A stretch of DNA of 64,000 nucleotides from a virus (IMGVR_UViG_2940244548_000002:1-64000); one strand, 5' to 3'; positions 1-9,310 are shown, counted from the first letter of the stretch. Numbers and translations: made by a program. The notes: generated by a model not told the origin, from the letters alone.

Positions 1-1365
1 ATGGCTACATTCAAAGCGGAAATTTATGCTCATCATAAAAAGAAAGATGGTACCTACAACATCAAAATAAGAGTTACCCATAATCGGCAAAAAAGGTACC
101 TTGATACTCCTTATTATATAACTAAGGATGATATTACCCAAAAGACATTCAAAATAAAGAATCAGTATTACATTGATAAGACTGATGAAATAATTAAAAC
201 CTATCGGAGAAAGTGTGATGATCTTGGTGTGCTCATCAAAGAGATAGATATTGATCAGGTTATATCTCTCATAACAAAGGATGAGAAAGAGGATCGGTTT
301 GATTTGGATATAGTCGCTTATGGCAGGGAGCTTGTTCGGCAACTAAAAGCAACTGGACACAAGGGAAGTGCTTTAGCATACCAAAACGCTATAAACAACC
401 TGGTGAAGTTTACAGAAAGAGAAATTATAAGCATCCACGAAATCACCTCTAAATTTGTTCAGGATTGGATCCTATGGATAATAGAACAACCACCCAGGGC
501 AAACAGAAAAAAGGGAGAGCGTGCACAGTCTTTATATCCCAGTAATTTGCGTGCGATACACAATAAAGCAAAAGAGGAGTTCAATAATGAGGATCTTGGA
601 ATAATCAATATACCATTATCTCCTTTCAAAAAACTCCCTAAAATACCACAAGCTAAAAAGCGTGCTCTGGATGTTGATCAGCTCAGGAGGATGATGGATC
701 TTGATTACACCCTTATACTACAGCCAGGGAATAACAAGTTCAACCTTGCAAAAGATGTGTTCTTGTTAAGTTTTGGGCTTGTTGGTATGAATGCAGCAGA
801 TCTATATAATTGTGATTGTTATGAGGGTGGCAGAATAACATACCAGAGAACGAAAACAAGAAATAGAAGAGCTGATAAAGCAGAAATATCTATAAAGGTA
901 GAGCCAGAGGTAAAGCCTTTATTTGATAAATACAGAGATCCTACTGGGGAGCGTGTGTTTTGCTTCTATAAAATGTACTCATCCATAGATTCATTTACCT
1001 ATGCCATTAATGGATTTGATAGAACCGATGAAAAAGGGAATAGGCATATAGTGGGGTTAAAAAAAGTCGGTTATTCACTTGGTATTGAAGATCTACAATT
1101 TTATGCTGCCAGGCACACATGGGCTACCATTGCTGCTAATGATGTGGGGATAGATAAATTCACGGTGCATACTGCATTAAACCATGTGGATGAACAGATG
1201 AAAGTAACTGATATGTATATCAGGAAATCCTGGGATCCGATTGATAGAGCTAACCAAAAAGTTCTGAAATTTGTGAAGTTCAAACAGGATAATGTGGAGG
1301 AACCAAAGTCTGATAATTGTTTGCTTAGGCAAAAGGTCAAGCAAATACCTAAGCAAAAAGAATGA
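1..1365 (+). CDS. int: Tyrosine recombinase (phage integrase)
   Basis: N-terminal arm-binding region (YNIKIRVTHNR), SAM-like middle domain, catalytic-region motifs YAARHTWAT, ALNH, TDMY. Confidence 0.95.
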   Translation: MATFKAEIYAHHKKKDGTYNIKIRVTHNRQKRYLDTPYYITKDDITQKTFKIKNQYYIDKTDEIIKTYRRKCDDLGVLIKEIDIDQVISLITKDEKEDRFDLDIVAYGRELVRQLKATGHKGSALAYQNAINNLVKFTEREIISIHEITSKFVQDWILWIIEQPPRANRKKGERAQSLYPSNLRAIHNKAKEEFNNEDLGIINIPLSPFKKLPKIPQAKKRALDVDQLRRMMDLDYTLILQPGNNKFNLAKDVFLLSFGLVGMNAADLYNCDCYEGGRITYQRTKTRNRRADKAEISIKVEPEVKPLFDKYRDPTGERVFCFYKMYSSIDSFTYAINGFDRTDEKGNRHIVGLKKVGYSLGIEDLQFYAARHTWATIAANDVGIDKFTVHTALNHVDEQMKVTDMYIRKSWDPIDRANQKVLKFVKFKQDNVEEPKSDNCLLRQKVKQIPKQKE

Positions 1366-1591
1366 TTTGCTTAACCACTTGCTTAGGCAAATGAGGTTAT
1401 TTTGCTTAGGCAAAATTTAGAATTTGCTTAACCATTTGCTTGTATGTTTGCCTAAGCAAAGTTTTTTCAAGCATAATCAAAGATATGAGTATTTATCACA
1501 TTTATATAATAGCCAATAAGTTACATTAAAATTATAGTGCTGAGGATTTTGGTTTTGCTTAACCATTTGCTTAACCATTTGCCTAAGCAAA
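1320..1591. repeat. Cluster of iteron-like repeats (TTTGCTTAGGCAAA / TTTGCCTAAGCAAA / TTTGCTTAACCA)
   Basis: Copies at about 1320, 1366-1391, 1401, 1423-1441, 1447 and 1554-1591; followed by an extremely AT-rich tract at 1602-1657. Confidence 0.85.
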
Positions 1592-1675
1592 AGTAAAACG
1601 GTACTATATATATGTATATATTATAATAATACTATAATATTATATAAAGAGTATATAGGGGATTATTAAGGGGAA

Positions 1676-1942
1676 TCATTTAAACATCTTACCAAAACCA
1701 GTAAGAAGCCACTCAGCATTTACATTATATTCTCTCACCATTGGTATCAACCATGAGAGTTGAAACCATCCACGTCCGAGATCTTTTCTTTGAGCTACAA
1801 AATTTCTCCTGTCGATATTGTATAGTCTGCAATATGTATTAACACCCCTGATCTCCTTTTTAGCTATTATGGCATCCAGGGCAGAATAGAAACGCTCCAT
1901 TATCTGTTTCGATTCATCTGTAATACTTCTTACCGTACCCAT
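1676..1942 (-). CDS. Small putative DNA-binding protein in the repressor operon
   Basis: C-terminal VNAEWLLTGFGKMF motif like XRE-family proteins; homolog at 58551-58826. Confidence 0.7.
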   Translation of the reverse strand: MGTVRSITDESKQIMERFYSALDAIIAKKEIRGVNTYCRLYNIDRRNFVAQRKDLGRGWFQLSWLIPMVREYNVNAEWLLTGFGKMFK

Positions 1943-1943
1943 C

Positions 1944-2153
1944 CTAAAGCAAGTTATATTTAAGGTGGTTTATATCTTCTTTTAGGGATTCAAGCTCATC
2001 AGTTGGCTCATTGTGTACCTTAGCCTTATCTATGGCAAAATTAAGCTCCTTTTGTGCCTCTGAGACTACATTCTCATCTATTTCCTTTCCATTTATGTGA
2101 TCCGAAAAGCATTTTTTATAAAGCTCGATCACAATCCTGTTATATTTTTCCAT
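1944..2153 (-). CDS. Hypothetical protein (repressor operon)
   Basis: Likely start MEKYNRIVI; syntenic homolog at 58810-59028. Confidence 0.7.
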   Translation of the reverse strand: MEKYNRIVIELYKKCFSDHINGKEIDENVVSEAQKELNFAIDKAKVHNEPTDELESLKEDINHLKYNLL

Positions 2154-2183
2154 ACTAAAATAACGATTGTTTAATACCAAAAA

Positions 2184-2621
2184 CTACACGGCATCTGCAT
2201 GATCTGCATTGCTTTCCTGGTGGGCATCCGTTTTTTTCCTTTCGTCCAGAAGTGCCTCCAGTCTGCCTATCTTTCTGTTAAGCCTCTCAATTTCTTTCTC
2301 TTTCTCCTCCAAAAGAGAATAGGGTGCAATGAGTTTATCATTCATCATTTTCACTATTTGCCTGGAGAAAACATCGGCTCCTACGTGCATTACTTCCTGG
2401 GGTGTAGCCTCAGGCACTGAAATTGGATCTATTTTATCCGTATAGTATTTGGATATATTTCCAAATTTGGACTGCAATATATCCAACTTATCAGGTGGAA
2501 TTTGCCTAATTCCTCGCTCAATTCGAGAAATAAAGTTCTGACCGCACGAAAATAACTCAGCTAACTCAGATTGAGTTAAATTATTGTCAGTTCTAAAGCG
2601 TTTCAAATCAAAGGATTGCAT
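2184..2621 (-). CDS. CI-like repressor, XRE HTH with C-terminal coiled coil
   Basis: LKRFR..NNLTQSELAELF...QNFISRIERG HTH; divergent from a cro-like gene. Confidence 0.85.
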   Translation of the reverse strand: MQSFDLKRFRTDNNLTQSELAELFSCGQNFISRIERGIRQIPPDKLDILQSKFGNISKYYTDKIDPISVPEATPQEVMHVGADVFSRQIVKMMNDKLIAPYSLLEEKEKEIERLNRKIGRLEALLDERKKTDAHQESNADHADAV

Positions 2622-2642
2622 ATCTTAAACCATTTTAATCCG

Positions 2643-2698
2643 AAAATATATCCAAAATATATTGTATAATCTGGATATATATCCTATATTTGCATCGT
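2643..2698 (+). promoter_or_regulatory. cI/cro intergenic promoter-operator (GGATATATATCC palindrome beside a TATATTTG -7 element)
   Basis: Palindrome at 2673-2684 abuts the Bacteroidetes TAnnTTTG box at 2685-2692; related site TGGATATATTTCCA at 2450-2463. Confidence 0.75.
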
Positions 2699-2758
2699 GA
2701 ATAATTTAATTACACTACAAACATACAAAAAAAGTGTGTTTGTGAAACAATTTAAAGC

Positions 2759-3013
2759 ATGAAAAAGGATAAAATGACAGAAACAGACTATCAGTCTTTT
2801 GCTCAGATTTACAAAGGATTGCCTGAGCGAACAGAAGTGAAAGCTCCAAAAACGGCATTTGTTGAAAGGATTGCTGAGATCACCAAAAAATCTACTAAGA
2901 CAGTTCGCTGCTGGATAGCTGGTGTACAGCGACCAGATGCGTTGTGCCAAAGTTTGATTGAAAAGGAGTTAGGTGTACCTGGTGAATATTTATTTCCAAA
3001 AACAGATGATTAA
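2759..3013 (+). CDS. Cro-like HTH protein
   Basis: FVERIAEITKKSTKTVRCWIAG..RPD HTH; first rightward gene; homolog at 59635-59901. Confidence 0.8.
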   Translation: MKKDKMTETDYQSFAQIYKGLPERTEVKAPKTAFVERIAEITKKSTKTVRCWIAGVQRPDALCQSLIEKELGVPGEYLFPKTDD

Positions 3014-3014
3014 A

Positions 3015-3566
3015 ATGAAACCTGTTGAGTTTTACACCACACCAGAGGGAGAGGTTACTATGAAACCTCTTGGAGAGGCTGAGAGACAGCTGAAAGAAAC
3101 GGATAGGGAATTTATCCAGGCATTCCTGGAGATCCTAAGGGAGTTCTATCCTCATTCTTTTGAGGCTCTAATGGAGGTGTATTCTAAAAGCGATGGAAAT
3201 AAAAATTACAGGGATTACTTGGCAGTAAGGCGGTTTATCAAGTGCAATTTTGGGCTATATGATAATATGATTGATTTAGATGATTCCTGGAACTTCAATT
3301 TTGAATTTGTAGGATGCCCACTGAGGGGTGAGTGTAAATATGACAAAATTATATGTGCTCCTAAATTCGATTCAAAGTTATCAGATAGGGAGCTTGAAGT
3401 AATGAAAATGCTCTATAAGGGCGTTAGCGATTCCAATGTAGCCGATAGGCTATTTATCTCTCTTAATACCGTGAATAATCACAGGAAAAATAGCTTTAAA
3501 AAGCTGGGTGTACACTCAATGCCTGAGTTTATGCGGTATGCTATGACAAATAATTTATTCAAATAA
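3015..3566 (+). CDS. LuxR-type HTH transcriptional regulator with Cys-rich N-terminal part
   Basis: LSDRELEV...VADRLFISLNTVNNHRKN...KLGV; start MKPVEF supported by homolog at 59906. Confidence 0.9.
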   Translation: MKPVEFYTTPEGEVTMKPLGEAERQLKETDREFIQAFLEILREFYPHSFEALMEVYSKSDGNKNYRDYLAVRRFIKCNFGLYDNMIDLDDSWNFNFEFVGCPLRGECKYDKIICAPKFDSKLSDRELEVMKMLYKGVSDSNVADRLFISLNTVNNHRKNSFKKLGVHSMPEFMRYAMTNNLFK

Positions 3567-3582
3567 CTAATGCAACACAGTT

Positions 3583-3816
3583 ATGACTTCGGAAACATTA
3601 TCTAACCTAATTTTTGGCTCCATTTGGTGCGTGTTATGCACCTGTAGTCTTATCGGAGCAATTTTCTACAATGCACATCACCAGTTTGTTTTGGCTGGTT
3701 TATCGGGATCAATGGCTTATGTGAGCTATGTTGATGATTACCTATCTGAAAGTGTAAAACATTACTTCTGTAAAGTTCGGAGAGCAAAAAGAATACAGAA
3801 ACTAAAACGTATGTGA
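3583..3816 (+). CDS. Small membrane protein
   Basis: Two hydrophobic segments; in operon. Confidence 0.6.
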   Translation: MTSETLSNLIFGSIWCVLCTCSLIGAIFYNAHHQFVLAGLSGSMAYVSYVDDYLSESVKHYFCKVRRAKRIQKLKRM

Positions 3817-3819
3817 TTT

Positions 3820-4104
3820 ATGATCCAGTTAGAACTCTATGAGCTTAAAAATCTATGCAAGGATATGGCTGAGCTTGGAGCTGCTAATTATGCTAAAATG
3901 CTCTACCCTGCAAAAGATATTATCTCACAAAGAGAGGCTTTTAGGCAGTTTGGGGAGGCTCGTGTAAAGGATTGGATTCGTAGGGGGTTAATATCTGGTA
4001 CCAGGAATGGATCCAGCGAAAACTCAAAGATTCTATACTCCAGAGCAGATCTCCTGGCTGTTGAGAAATCAGAGAAATTAAATTTTATAATCAAAAGTAA
4101 ATGA
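3820..4104 (+). CDS. Putative excisionase-like DNA-binding protein
   Basis: ISQREAFRQFGEARVKDWIRRGLI...ILYSRADL resembles a winged-helix Xis; homolog at 60856-61188. Confidence 0.55.
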   Translation: MIQLELYELKNLCKDMAELGAANYAKMLYPAKDIISQREAFRQFGEARVKDWIRRGLISGTRNGSSENSKILYSRADLLAVEKSEKLNFIIKSK

Positions 4105-6110
4105 GGAAAATGAGACAGATTTATTTAAAAAAGTTGATACTTAGAAACTTCAAAGGTATCAAAGATCTTACCATTGATTTTACCGAACAGGAGACTGTGA
4201 TTAGCGGTGATAATGGAACAGGTAAGACTACAGTTTTTGATTCATTCCTTTGGTTGCTATTCGGAAAAGATAGCACAAACAGAGCAGATGGGAATGGTGG
4301 TTTTAACATCAAAACCTTGGATGATAACGGTAAGCCGATTTTGAATCTGGAGCACGTTGTAATAGCTACTCTGTTGGTTGATGGTAAAGAGGTAACTCTA
4401 CAGCGTTCTTACTTGGAAAAATGGGGTACTGGTGTTAATGCTGGGCAGCTTAAAAATCATTACACTGAGTTCTATTTGAATGGTGTAAAGCTGGGAACTA
4501 AAAAGGAATATGATGCTGAGGTATCGGCAATTCTACCAGAGGATGTTTTCCGTATGGTTACAAATCCTTTCTATTTCCCTACCCTGCCAGCAGCTACTCA
4601 GAAAAATATGCTCATGGATATGGCTGGCAATGTAACGGATCAGGATGTGGCAGCCCTAAAGCCTGAATACCTGGAGCTGTTAAGTCAAATCACAGGTAGA
4701 ACTTTGGAGCAATTTAAGAAAGAAACTGCTGCCAAAAAGAAAGCTATACAGGATGAGCTGAAAGAACTCCCTGCTCGTATCGACACAGCTACTCAAATGA
4801 TGCCAGAGGCTGAAAATTGGAGTGAGTTGGAAAAAGAACTCAAAGCAAAAAAAGAATCCCTACAAAGCATAGAGGAGCAAATCACCGACAAATCAAAACA
4901 GGTAGAGAGTGCCTATAAAGCCAAAAGTGATATTCAGGCTAAGATCGGACAAAAACGCTTAGAGAGATCTAAAAAAGAGAGTGAAATCCGTGAGAAAGCA
5001 AATACAGCGAACAATGCTACACGCTCTGAAATAAAGGAGCTGGAGTATAAAATCAAATCAACAGAGGATGATATAAGCAGAAAGAGTAGCCGTGTATTTG
5101 CTATTGATTCAGAGATCTCAACTCTCAATACAGAGTTAGATACATTACGTGGTGAGTATCGTGCTATCAACTCTAAGCAGTTGGAGTATCCAGCTGGTGC
5201 TTTTGCTTGTCCTACTTGTAGCCGTCCGTTGGAGGCTGAGGATATTGAGACTAAACAGAATGAACTTTTATCTAACTTCAATCTGGAGAAATCGAAACAG
5301 CTACAGGATAACAAAAACAAGGGAGTAACGAGATCGGCTAAGGTGAAAGAACTGCAAAAAGAGCGTGAGGATGTTCTGGCTGAAACTAAGCAACTGGAGG
5401 CTGATCTGGAAAACCTTAATGGTCAAAAGAAATACAAAGAGGAAAATCTACCAGATGCTCAGGATCCTCAAAAACTTATTGAGGTAGATGCTGACTGGAT
5501 CCGTTTGGGAAATGAAATTACCGAACTTGAAAACCAGTTGAGTGTAGAGGCTCCAGCTGTGGACACATCCGAACTACAAGATGGCAAACGCCTATTATCC
5601 GATAATATAGCAAGCCTTAACAAACGCCTGGCTCAAAGAGACACTATAGAGCGTGCTCAAAAGCTAATCCAGGAGTATGAGGATAAAAAGCTATCCAATA
5701 ACGATGCTCTGGCTCAACTTGAAAAAACAGAGCTTACCATACTTGAATTTCAGAAAGCTAAGGATAATGAGCTGATGAAACGAATAAATGGAATGTTTAC
5801 TATGGTTTCTTTCTCTTTCGTGGATGAGCAGCTGAATGGCAATGAAAAAATAACCTGTGTATGTACCGTTGATGGTGTGCCTTTCCCCGATCTGAACAAT
5901 GCCAGAAAAATAAACGCTGGGCTTGATATTATCAATGCTATATGCAACTCAAAGGGAATATCTGCACCTATTTTCATTGACAATAGAGAAAGCGTTAATG
6001 AGCTTATCCCTACTGTTTCTCAGGTTATCAATTTGACGGTTAGCAAGCATCCTAAGCTGATGATCAAGATGCCAGGTGATGAACCGATGGAAATGTATCA
6101 GGAGTTATAA
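4101..6110 (+). CDS. SMC/Rad50-like AAA ATPase with coiled coil and Zn hook
   Basis: NFKG, Walker A GDNGTGKT, CPTC hook, C-terminal PIFIDNRES. Confidence 0.9.
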   Translation: MRKMRQIYLKKLILRNFKGIKDLTIDFTEQETVISGDNGTGKTTVFDSFLWLLFGKDSTNRADGNGGFNIKTLDDNGKPILNLEHVVIATLLVDGKEVTLQRSYLEKWGTGVNAGQLKNHYTEFYLNGVKLGTKKEYDAEVSAILPEDVFRMVTNPFYFPTLPAATQKNMLMDMAGNVTDQDVAALKPEYLELLSQITGRTLEQFKKETAAKKKAIQDELKELPARIDTATQMMPEAENWSELEKELKAKKESLQSIEEQITDKSKQVESAYKAKSDIQAKIGQKRLERSKKESEIREKANTANNATRSEIKELEYKIKSTEDDISRKSSRVFAIDSEISTLNTELDTLRGEYRAINSKQLEYPAGAFACPTCSRPLEAEDIETKQNELLSNFNLEKSKQLQDNKNKGVTRSAKVKELQKEREDVLAETKQLEADLENLNGQKKYKEENLPDAQDPQKLIEVDADWIRLGNEITELENQLSVEAPAVDTSELQDGKRLLSDNIASLNKRLAQRDTIERAQKLIQEYEDKKLSNNDALAQLEKTELTILEFQKAKDNELMKRINGMFTMVSFSFVDEQLNGNEKITCVCTVDGVPFPDLNNARKINAGLDIINAICNSKGISAPIFIDNRESVNELIPTVSQVINLTVSKHPKLMIKMPGDEPMEMYQEL

Positions 6111-6128
6111 TCAACTAAAATAATTAAT

Positions 6129-7055
6129 ATGACACAACAAGCAGTTAAAGGCACAGGATCTAATGTGCCAGCACAAACTAAGAAAATAGATGTGCTAAAG
6201 AATATGCTGAATGCTCCCTCTGTTATGGAGCAGTTTCAAAATGCTCTCTCTAAGAGTGCTCCAACATTTGTAGCCTCTGTGATTGATCTGTATAATGGAG
6301 ATTCCAATCTCCAGATGTGTGAGCCTAAGGCGGTGGTAATGGAAGCTCTGAAAGCAGCTGTACTGAAATTGCCGATCAATAAAGCTCTGGGATATGCTTT
6401 TATCATTCCTTTCAACAATAGTGTAAAGGATGAAAAAGGTAACTGGACTAAAAAGATGATGCCTACTTTCCAAATGGGTTACAAAGGCTACATCCAGCTG
6501 GCAATGCGAACAGGTCAATACAAAACGATCAATGCAGATGTGGTGTATGAGGGAGAGCTTAGAAAGGTAAACAAGCTCACTGGAGAGATCGCTTTTGATG
6601 GTGAGAAAACATCCGATAAAGTGGTAGGTTATTTCTGCTACTTCGAGCTTATGAACGGCTTTTCAAAAACACTCTACATGACAGTAGAGCAAATGGCTGA
6701 TCATGCAAAAAGATACTCAAAAGGGCTTAAAAAAGAGACTACAGTAGAGAGCTTGATGAATCTGGCTAATCTGCCAGTGGCAACCGATAGCAAAACTGTA
6801 GGATGGATGGGTAATTTTCATGGTATGGCTGTAAAAACCGTTATCCGAAATTTACTAAGTAAATACGGCTATCTCTCTGTAGAAATGCAAGAGGCAATAC
6901 AAAATGACACAGAGGGAGATACTGATGTGCGTGATTCTCTTGTAGAAAAGAATGGCAATATTCAGACTTTTGAGATCAGTGATACTCATTATGAGGATGT
7001 AACCGAGGCAGAAAATCAACCCAAATCACCAGAGGAGGTAGATCCAGGGTATTAA
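6129..7055 (+). CDS. recT: RecT-family single-strand annealing protein
   Basis: LGYAFIIPF, FQMGYKGYIQLAMRTGQY, MAVKTVIRNLLSKYG motifs. Confidence 0.92.
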   Translation: MTQQAVKGTGSNVPAQTKKIDVLKNMLNAPSVMEQFQNALSKSAPTFVASVIDLYNGDSNLQMCEPKAVVMEALKAAVLKLPINKALGYAFIIPFNNSVKDEKGNWTKKMMPTFQMGYKGYIQLAMRTGQYKTINADVVYEGELRKVNKLTGEIAFDGEKTSDKVVGYFCYFELMNGFSKTLYMTVEQMADHAKRYSKGLKKETTVESLMNLANLPVATDSKTVGWMGNFHGMAVKTVIRNLLSKYGYLSVEMQEAIQNDTEGDTDVRDSLVEKNGNIQTFEISDTHYEDVTEAENQPKSPEEVDPGY

Positions 7056-7066
7056 TACACGAAATT

Positions 7067-7795
7067 ATGGAATTGAAAGTATTAGGTAGCTCATCAAGCG
7101 GTAACTGCTACATTCTGGACAATGGGAATGAGGCTCTGATAATTGAGGCTGGGATCCGATTTATGGAGGTAAAAAAGGCTTTGGATTTTCAGTTACGCAA
7201 AGTTGTGGGCTGCCTAATCACCCACCAGCACAACGATCATGCTAAGTATATCAAAAACATGGTAGATACAGGCTTTTATGTACTGGCTCTCCCAGAGGTT
7301 CTGACTGCAAAAGGTGTGAGTGGATCCAGGGTGAGATCGTTGGAACTTGGTAAGGGATACAAATTCGGCAATTTCAAAGTAGCTCCTTTTGCTGCGTGCC
7401 ATGATGTTCCCTGCGTTGGTTATCTGATCGATCATCCTGCCAGTGGCAGAATATTATTCCTTACTGATAGCTGTATGTGTGAGTACACTTTCCCAGGGCT
7501 TAATCACATATTGATTGAGTGTAATTATTCTGACAGGAAACTTATTGAGAGTATTAATGCTGGCATTACTCTCCCGATTCAAAGAACTCGCTTACTGACT
7601 TCACACATGGAGCTGGAGACTTGCAAGGGGATCCTTTCCGCAAATGATATTTCAAATGTGAGTAATGTAGTTCTGTTGCACCTCTCTAAAGATAATGGGG
7701 ATGAACCACGATTTATATCTGAGGTACAAAGGGCTACTGGTAAGCTGGTATATATCGCAAAACCAGGTTTAACAATTCAATTAGATAGATTATGA
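7067..7795 (+). CDS. Metallo-beta-lactamase-fold hydrolase (probable exonuclease partner of RecT)
   Basis: LGSSSSGNCY, THQHNDH, HD, TD, ECNY, SHM, LLHLS motifs. Confidence 0.9.
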   Translation: MELKVLGSSSSGNCYILDNGNEALIIEAGIRFMEVKKALDFQLRKVVGCLITHQHNDHAKYIKNMVDTGFYVLALPEVLTAKGVSGSRVRSLELGKGYKFGNFKVAPFAACHDVPCVGYLIDHPASGRILFLTDSCMCEYTFPGLNHILIECNYSDRKLIESINAGITLPIQRTRLLTSHMELETCKGILSANDISNVSNVVLLHLSKDNGDEPRFISEVQRATGKLVYIAKPGLTIQLDRL

Positions 7796-8154
7796 TAGCA
7801 GGATTTACAGAGCAAACAAAACCACTATCATCTTATGAAAGTGATACGTTGCTCCCCTTGATCGTTCAGGGGCTTCACAGCAAAGTAGGAAAAGAGAAAG
7901 CTATTACAAACCAGCAGATCTGCACGGCTCTTAAAAAGCAAGGATATAAGCTGGATAATGCACGGCTGAGAAAAATAATAAACCATATCAGGACAAACAA
8001 CCTGGTTATAGGTTTAATCGCTACCAGTGATGGCTATTACATAGCTGAGGACAAAAAAGAGCTGGAGGTTTATGTGGGTAGTTTGATGGGTAGAGAAAAT
8101 GCCATTCGTGTTGTAAGACAAAGTTTACAAAGCCAGATAGCACTGTATGAGTAA
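7792..8154 (+). CDS. Hypothetical winged-HTH protein
   Basis: RLRKIINHIR...LIATSDGYYIA pattern; coupled start. Confidence 0.65.
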   Translation: MIAGFTEQTKPLSSYESDTLLPLIVQGLHSKVGKEKAITNQQICTALKKQGYKLDNARLRKIINHIRTNNLVIGLIATSDGYYIAEDKKELEVYVGSLMGRENAIRVVRQSLQSQIALYE

Positions 8155-8587
8155 GAAAGTTCACATAGAGAAAAAGAACGGTTTATTTAACCTCAAACCC
8201 ATATACGGATTAATGAACTCTGTTCTGGATGGGATTTATCGCTTTGAGATGAAAAAAGTAAGAAAGCCCAGATCGAATGATCAGAATGGATGGTTATGGG
8301 GGTGTATTTATCCTATGCTATTGGATGCTTTGCTTAATGAGGGGTGGGAATTTACCTCCTGTGAGCAGGTACATGAGTTCTTTAAGTCTCAAATGACAGC
8401 GGATAAGGTAGTGAATAAACACACTGGGGAGATAATAACATTCCCAGGATCTACTGCAACGATGGATACACTAACTTTTTCTACCTATTGTGAAAAGCTC
8501 AGAGAGTATGCACTGGAGTATCTTAATCTGGAAATACCAGATCCAGATCCAAACTGGAGGCAGTCCGATGAAAATAATACCGAATAA
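8147..8587 (+). CDS. NinB/YbcN-like recombination accessory protein
   Basis: RSNDQNGWLW, HEFFK, STATM..FSTY motifs. Confidence 0.65.
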   Translation: MSKKVHIEKKNGLFNLKPIYGLMNSVLDGIYRFEMKKVRKPRSNDQNGWLWGCIYPMLLDALLNEGWEFTSCEQVHEFFKSQMTADKVVNKHTGEIITFPGSTATMDTLTFSTYCEKLREYALEYLNLEIPDPDPNWRQSDENNTE

Positions 8588-8729
8588 CATAGTGTAAGAT
8601 CTCATTAGGCTGTTACCAGTGCTAATTGAAAACATCCCTCCAGGTAGAAGTACCAGGGTGGAAAATGCCATAAGACTAACAAAAATAATTATCAAACGCT
8701 TAAAAAATTTGAAAGATGAGCAAAGTTGA
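8568..8729 (+). pseudogene. Small gene with in-frame TAA at codon 10 (MKIIPNNIV*DLIRLLPVLIENIP...)
   Basis: Frame fills the gap between coupled neighbours; single stop at 8595-8597. Confidence 0.55.
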
Positions 8730-9282
8730 AATTAAAAAAGAAAATGTAGATGCTGCCTATAAGGTAGCTGATGAGAATGTAAAGAAAGTTTTGAACGCTC
8801 TGTTCGGCAAAGAACGCAAAAAGCCTACACTGGATGATCATACAACCATTCAGAGTTATGAGGATGCCTGTGAAGCTCTGGGAGAGCCTCAGGAGGTATT
8901 TATGGAGGGAATCCCTCCTCACATTGTAGCTCTTATGAAGTTAGAGACTATCAGCCGTGCTTTATGGGGTAGAACCTTTCAGCCGAAACCAGATGCTGAG
9001 GGTAAAGAGATCTACTGGTGGGTATGGTGGGCTTTATACACCCAGTCAGAGATTGATAATATGGATGAGGATGATCGTGGTGCCCTGTTGTCTGCGTATG
9101 CGGCGACTGGGGCGAGTGCTGGGTTCGGTTTCCTGGGCACGGGTAATCGCTCCTCGCACTCGGCTGCGAACTTTGGGTTCCGCTTGTGCCAAGAAACGGC
9201 TGAAAAGGCACGGTATTTTGGACGGACATTCAACCGATTATGGGCTGAATATCTGGCTTTTAATTTCACCGTGGAAATATAA
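8716..9282 (+). CDS. Early-region protein carrying a remote DGR variable repeat (second DGR target)
   Basis: 9078-9190 aligns to the TR with mismatches almost only at TR adenines; GFRLC motif. Confidence 0.92.
   Translation: MSKVEIKKENVDAAYKVADENVKKVLNALFGKERKKPTLDDHTTIQSYEDACEALGEPQEVFMEGIPPHIVALMKLETISRALWGRTFQPKPDAEGKEIYWWVWWALYTQSEIDNMDEDDRGALLSAYAATGASAGFGFLGTGNRSSHSAANFGFRLCQETAEKARYFGRTFNRLWAEYLAFNFTVEI
9078..9190 (+). repeat. DGR variable repeat VR2 (remote)
   Basis: By-eye alignment to TR 52936-53048: 14 substitutions at TR adenines and 2 at non-A positions before the IMH; IMH GGGTTCCGCTTGTGCC identical to VR1. Confidence 0.93.
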
Positions 9283-9310
9283 TATCACTAACAATTAATA
9301 ATCATTCAAG

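Noticed and set aside
1320..1591. Possible CRISPR array
   Set aside because: Repeats are 12-14 bp, irregularly spaced and in both orientations, with no unique spacers or cas genes.
8595..8597. Stop-codon reassignment
   Set aside because: A single internal TAA; all other genes read normally in code 11.
9078..9190. VR2 as chance similarity or simple paralogy with the tail target
   Set aside because: Identity is at nucleotide level, confined to the TR interval, and mismatches concentrate at TR adenines.
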